42,767 nucleotides of DNA from Proteromonas lacertae (lineage: Eukaryota), in the NCBI GenBank assembly GCA_002245135.1, contig NGBS01000017.1, forward strand, positions 124,001-166,767, in the 5' to 3' direction. The position numbers and the translations under genes were made by a program. Below, one piece after another: positions 37,570-42,767 of the stretch. How positions within the stretch are numbered: the stretch's first letter is position 1; each line of letters begins with the position of its first letter. Under the pieces are notes generated by a model. That model searched no databases. It was given only the letters and a program-made list of their open reading frames with translations, and was not told the origin of the DNA.

Positions 37570-37639
37570 TTTGAATATATATATATATATATATTCTAAA
37601 AACAACAAGAAATATGAAAATAAAGATTAATATTAGAAT

Positions 37640-38521
37640 TTATATTTCCATTTCCTCACTATCTATTTCCTCATCATCATCAGGTTCCTCATCCATTGCA
37701 GAAGGAATGACAACATCAATCTTTCTTTTCTTTGGAGCTGGTTTAGGACATAATTCAACTTTTACTTTTCCACTACTTGAATCTTCCTCTTTAACATTTC
37801 TGTTTCTTTTGTTGTCTTTGTTTATCATAATACTCCTTCTTTTTTAAGCGGCATCTTTCACAACTTTTGTTTTTGTCACCGTTTGGCTTTGTTGCAAAGT
37901 TCTCTAAAGGAAGGATTTTGTTACATGTAGAACACTTTTGTGATCCTTCTGGTACTGGAGCTGATTCCTTCTTCTTTTTAGGAATAGGAATGGCTTTATC
38001 ATCTTCTTCCTCTTCATCATATAACCAAGAGGATTTTAACTTTATCCATTCACTAGCATCACAATCCTTTCCTGCAAACCTAGCTACTTGAACATTAGTA
38101 AACTTCACAGAATAATATCCTTCCTGATCCTCTTTTGGTTTTTCTAATTTCATCTCAGATACATGTCCAATGAAAGTTAACCATCTATTTAAATGAGGAG
38201 GAAGGTAATCACTCACTAATCCTCTTGCAGATTCTAACTTAGGAATATTTCCCATTTCTAACATTTGCTTATCACCCATGATTTCCTCACTAATTCAGCT
38301 TCATACTTTGGTTCAGGATTACTTTCCATTTCATCAACATTGTTTTCCTTACACCATCTCTCATAATCCTTAATATAAGGCTTTTCATATTCACTTTGTG
38401 ATACTGGTTCAGTTTCACAATTTTCTAAATCATCTTCATCACTAGTTATAGTAGAGTTATCCTCCTCAGCCTCCTCTTCTACATACTTTTTAGAAGTAAA
38501 GTATTTTTTACCAGAACTCAT
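37640..38521 (-). pseudogene. Element-encoded C4 zinc-finger protein with NLS, split by two frameshifts
   Basis: ORFs 38258-38521, 37791-38279 and 37640-37828 overlap briefly and read as one protein: acidic N-terminus, KCSTCNKILPLENF...SCERC, PAPKKRK, acidic tail. Confidence 0.6.
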
Positions 38522-38729
38522 GATTTTTTAGAAGTTAAGTTTTTAATAATAGAAAAATAGCAAGAAAATTGCAAATAAAAAAGTAACGATTTTTAAGTAG
38601 ATTTTTAATTATCCAATCAAAATTTAGTATACGTTTGTATTGACCAATTATATTAATTGACCAATTATTTTAAAGTATATTCATTTTTTGTTTTCTTTTT
38701 TAGTTTTGAATTTTCATAAGTATAAAATC
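38522..38729. promoter_or_regulatory. Divergent promoter of the element with CCAAT boxes and AAAAGTAACG motif
   Basis: Lies between ATGs at 38521 (minus) and 38730 (plus). ATCCAATCA ~38612, TTGACCAATTA twice (~38640, ~38657), AAAAGTAACG ~38579. Confidence 0.55.
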
Positions 38730-41700
38730 ATGAATAAAAGGAAGAATACTGATAAGCAGAAGAAATATGCTTTAAATGCAAAAACTCATTTATTAGAAAA
38801 GATGTTTAGAAAATGAGGATAGTACTTCCCAATATTTCATTAATGCAACTAGTAAAAGAAGGAAAATAAGTGAATCCTCCTATATGAGGAATTTAAATAA
38901 TAATCCTCGAGTACATATTATAAATCCTGATTATGGAATGTATTTTGGTGGAGGAGATGATGATATGGATGATGATAGAATTCATCCTCCAAGAGGAAAT
39001 TTAGAGGAAAGAATAAAAAGGTATGAATTAGAAGGACAATCCTCTGAAGGAGTAACAAGGAAGTACGTTACTAATTTAAAGGATATTCATCTTCTTACTC
39101 CAGAAGATTATTATAATTTCATTGTTGATAACACAGATGTTGCTTTAAGAATAAGTGAAATAGCACATGAAATGAAAAATATTAAAGTATACTTTGTATT
39201 TTGGTATGTTTATACTTCTTCGGAAGATGAATCAGGTGAGGAAGTATCCTTATTTCATAATACAAGAAATATATTAATAAATGAGTATGATAGTCCTGCA
39301 TCAGTAGCAGCAAAGATGCGTTCCTTATTTCATTCTATTAATGAGGATGACTTTTCTCCTCCAGAATCTGGTTTAATATTCCAATATATGGATTTAATGG
39401 AAACTCATATTAATCAATACCAAATTATGGCAGGAGCAGGAGGAAATTATCATATACCTGATATATTTAATAATAAGTATTGTTTAGATCCTTGTGAAAA
39501 TAAGGATAATGATAATATGGATTGTTTTTGGAGAGCAATTAATTCCTGTTTAAAAAAAAACATTTACCTCAAATACAACCTAGTAGCGATTTTATTACAA
39601 TACCAGTAGCTCCTGTTAATAATCCTGATATAGATAAAGTAGAGCAAACTTATGATTTAAACATAAATGCATTTGCAATTGATGAAGAGGAAAAGGACAA
39701 ACCTAAAATCCTTCCATTAAGATATAGCATAATTGATAAGAATGTTGGTAATCCTGTTATTAATTTATTATTCCTTCCTAATAATAATGATACTACAGAT
39801 GAAGTAATTACAGGACATTATTGTGCAATTAAATCCTTAAATCAAGTATTTAGCTTAGTTTTTGGTGTAATATTTAAGAATAAAACAAGTCCTTTGGTTT
39901 GTCCTTATTGTCCCTTTTATACTTATAATGCAAAATCATTTGTAAATCACAAAACAGTAAATTGTCAAAATCCTGATAATGTAATAAGGATATTTCCTGA
40001 TAAGGATAGTGAGGAAGCTTTTATGAAATTTGAACATTCTAACAGAGAGGATATGATTCCTGTTGTTATTTATTACGATACAGAAGCATACATTGTCCCT
40101 ATTGATAATTCTCAGGAAAAGACAAAAACATTAAGATCCTTCAAAAATGAACATAAGTTAAAATCATATTGTTTATATATTGAAAGTAAAATTCCTCAAA
40201 TTAAATCTACAACTATTATGAATGTGAAGATATCCGAAGATGAAAATTTAGAAAAAGAATTTATGGAGGATATCATGACAGTATATAAAGATGTAAAACA
40301 CTTATATAATATAATAAACTTATATCCTAAAGATTGGGATCAAAATGAGGAAGATTTAGCTATTCATATGAGTAAAACTGTTTGTGATTTTTGTAATAAA
40401 CCTTTTACTCCTTTTGATCCAAAAGTCCTCCATCATAATCATTTCACTGGAAAGTACATTGCTTCAATTCATTCCAAAGAGAACTTATCAATTAAAGTAA
40501 AAGGATACAAGATTCCTATAATTGGTCATAACGCTATGAGATATGACCAACATTTCATCATTAGAGAACTTGCAGAAATTGCTAAACAGACTGGTTTAAA
40601 TTTGGATATCCTTCCTTCTACTGATGAAAACTATAAAGCTATATTCTTTGATAGATTAATGTTCATTGATTCATACCAATTCCTTTCTGAAAAATTATCT
40701 AGTTTAACAGAGGATTTAAAGATAACAGCTTTAGAGTTAAATTGTAAAAAGGAAAAGTTTAAAGTCATTTATGATAACTTTCCTGAGTTAGATGAGGAAA
40801 TCATTGATAAGTATCTTCTTCAGAAAAACTTCTTTCCTTATGAATGTTGATTGTTTGGAAAAATATGATAATCAATTTAAGGATTTGAAGATTCAGGATT
40901 TCTATTCAAGTTTATCCAATTCAACAATAACAGAAGATGAATATAAGTTTGCAATGGAAGTGAATAACATTTTGTTTGAAGGAAAAGCTTCTATAGGAGA
41001 ATATTGTAATTTCTATTTAAGTATTGATGTTTATATCCTATGTTCAGTATTTGAGGATTTTAGACAAAACATCTTTAATCACTTTCATATTGATCCTTGT
41101 TGGTATGTTTCAATTCCTAGTTTATCCTTGGATTTGTTCTTGAAAGAAATTCATGAACCTGAAATATATGATTTCATCCTTAATGGATTATATGGAGGAT
41201 TATCCTATATAGGAAAGAGGAAAGAAGATGCTAATAATTTCTATATGAAGGATTATGATCCAAAGAAACCTTCAAAGTTTATTGTTTATCAGGATATGAA
41301 TTCCTTATATCCTTCAGTAATGTATTTATGTAAACTTCCTATAAGGAATTATCATCTTTATTGTTATGAAGATCCTGGTTGTCCTAAACTTCATGAGATA
41401 TTAGATTCTACTAAATTCTATGATAAGAATGATTCCTTTGAAACTACAGGATATATGTTAGAAGTGATATTGAACCTATTTCCTATTATAAGGAGTATTT
41501 AAGAGAATATCCTATTCTACCTTCAAGAAGGAAGATTAGCTATGATGAATTGTCAGATATACAAAAAGAAAAATTAGAAGTATTATACTCTCAAAAAAGG
41601 ATGATCAGAAAAATCTGATGTTCATAAATATGTTTCCTCTGAAAAGTTAGTTACTGATTTATTGCCTAAGGAACATTATGTCATCCATTATCAGAATCTC

Positions 41701-42659
41701 AAATTTGCAGTTGATCATGGATATAGAGTAACAAAAGTATATAAAGTACTAACTTTCTTGGAAGTAAACATATGTCTAAACATATTGATCAATTAAAGGA
41801 TATGAGAGTTCATGCGAAGGAAATGCATCAAACATCTACTGCTAATATTATGAAGAATTACTTAATTCACTTTATGGAAAAACTTTAGAAAGAGTTGATA
41901 AGAGGAGAAGTATCAAATTAGTAGTGTCAGAAAATCAAGCAAGAAAAGCTATTAGAGATCCTTGGTTGATAAGATAGATACTATTCACGGAGATTTGAGA
42001 TTAGTACATTATCATAAAAAGATGTTCAAAATTAATAAACCTATTCAGATAGGTATGACAATCCTTGCTCTTTCTAAATTATTAATGCAACAGTATTGGT
42101 ATGATGGAGTATTACATTACAATTCACCAAAGATGTTAGACTCTTAATGACAGATACTGACAGTCTCCTCTTTTCTGTAAAGACTAAAGATATATATTGA
42201 ATTTCAATCATCTTCAAATATATAGATGGAAGTAATCTGAATATGCCTCCTTTCAGTAATTACTACAAATGGGATTCATTATCATGTAAACCAGGAACAT
42301 TAAATAAACTCAAGTTTGAGGAACAGGATGGTAAGAAATTCTATGTCATCACTAAGTTTAGAGGATTGAAATCCAAATGTTATTATTATGAAAAGGAATG
42401 TGTTAATGATGGTACACTCAAATCCTCCAATAGATGTAAAGGATTAATAACAGCTATAGCAAGTAAGATGACAGGAGATGATTATACTGAAATGGTTGAT
42501 GGATATGTTTCTAAACAGAAGTTTGGTATTAATCATATTAGAAGTAGAAATCATCATATCTATACTGCTTATGAAGAAAAGATAGGACTTACATATTTTG
42601 ATGATAAAAGATACTTTGAGGATGATTATGAAACAGTTCCTTATGGATACAATAATTAG
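38730..42659 (+). pseudogene. Protein-primed family B DNA polymerase (Polinton/adintovirus type), with ~8 frameshifts and one in-frame stop as sequenced
   Basis: ExoI YYDTEA, ExoII HNAMRYD, FIDSYQFL, QKNFFPYE, ExoIII YLSIDV, GLYGGLS, motif A QDMNSLYP, motif B NSLYGKT, KPIQIGMTILALSK, motif C MTDTDSL, KSKCY, FDDKRY...TVPYGY*. Also a C2H2-like finger (CPYC...HKTVNC) and an endonuclease-VII-like insert (CDFC...HHNHFTGKY). Confidence 0.9.
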
Positions 42660-42710
42660 ATTTCCTCTAATATTATATACTGATTCTATATTCTTATTTT
42701 TGTTTTAGTC

Positions 42711-42767
42711 TATTCTAGTCTATACTATAGTCTAGTCCTCCACCCCCGGCATCCCCCCATCGGCCCC
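42711..42767 (-). repeat. Right arm of (sub)terminal inverted repeat, truncated by the window end
   Basis: TATTCTAGTCTATACTATAGTCTAGTCCTCCACCCCCGGCATCCCCCCATCGGCCCC is the inverse of 34958-35015. Confidence 0.95.

Larger units (their letters stand above)
34700..42767. mobile_element. ~8-kb inverted-repeat-bounded, pPolB-encoding Polinton/adintovirus-related element (left edge approximate, right edge at or beyond the window end)
   Basis: GC-rich inverted repeats 34958-35015 and 42711-42767, protein-primed PolB, four orphan genes, and strong enrichment of TCCT/AGGA motifs relative to host DNA. Confidence 0.85.

Noticed and set aside
139..37850. Many 60-95 aa ORFs rich in I/Y/L/H (e.g. 1183-1377, 5221-5469, 6945-7205, 13802-14032, 18272-18520, 28318-28572, 35736-35954)
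   Set aside because: Antisense or off-frame shadows of well-supported genes, or read-through of (TA)n introns.
42711..42767. Telomeric repeat at the window end
   Set aside because: C-rich but not a tandem repeat; it is the inverse copy of 34958-35015.

Overview
Very AT-rich, gene-dense protist nuclear DNA with tiny GT..AG introns (about 26-45 nt, usually GTAT...TAG) and intergenic gaps of 60-170 nt. The style resembles compact stramenopile gut-protist genomes, but that taxonomy is only a guess. Positions 1-34.5 kb hold host genes: a cyclophilin tail, an AT-hook/Myb factor, a MOB1-family protein ending in a CaaX box, EME1, XPB, ORC3, an RSPH14-like ARM protein, aspartate carbamoyltransferase, WDR81-like BEACH-WD40, a FabG/CBR4-type reductase and two hypothetical genes. 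Three things stand out. (1) A ~3,870-aa class C GPCR whose ectodomain is nine tandem bacterial UrtA/AmiC-type solute-binding domains (8103-19954, minus strand). (2) A WG/GW-repeat (Argonaute-hook-like) + RGG + CCHC knuckle + SPOC protein with an EEGEL motif (32080-34475). (3) From ~34.7 kb to the window end, an ~8-kb element bounded by GC-rich inverted repeats. It encodes a Polinton/adintovirus-type protein-primed DNA polymerase B (frameshifted in this sequence) and four divergently transcribed orphan genes, one with host-type introns. I see no integrase, capsid, packaging ATPase or maturation protease in it. All family assignments come from motif recognition by eye; no searches were run.
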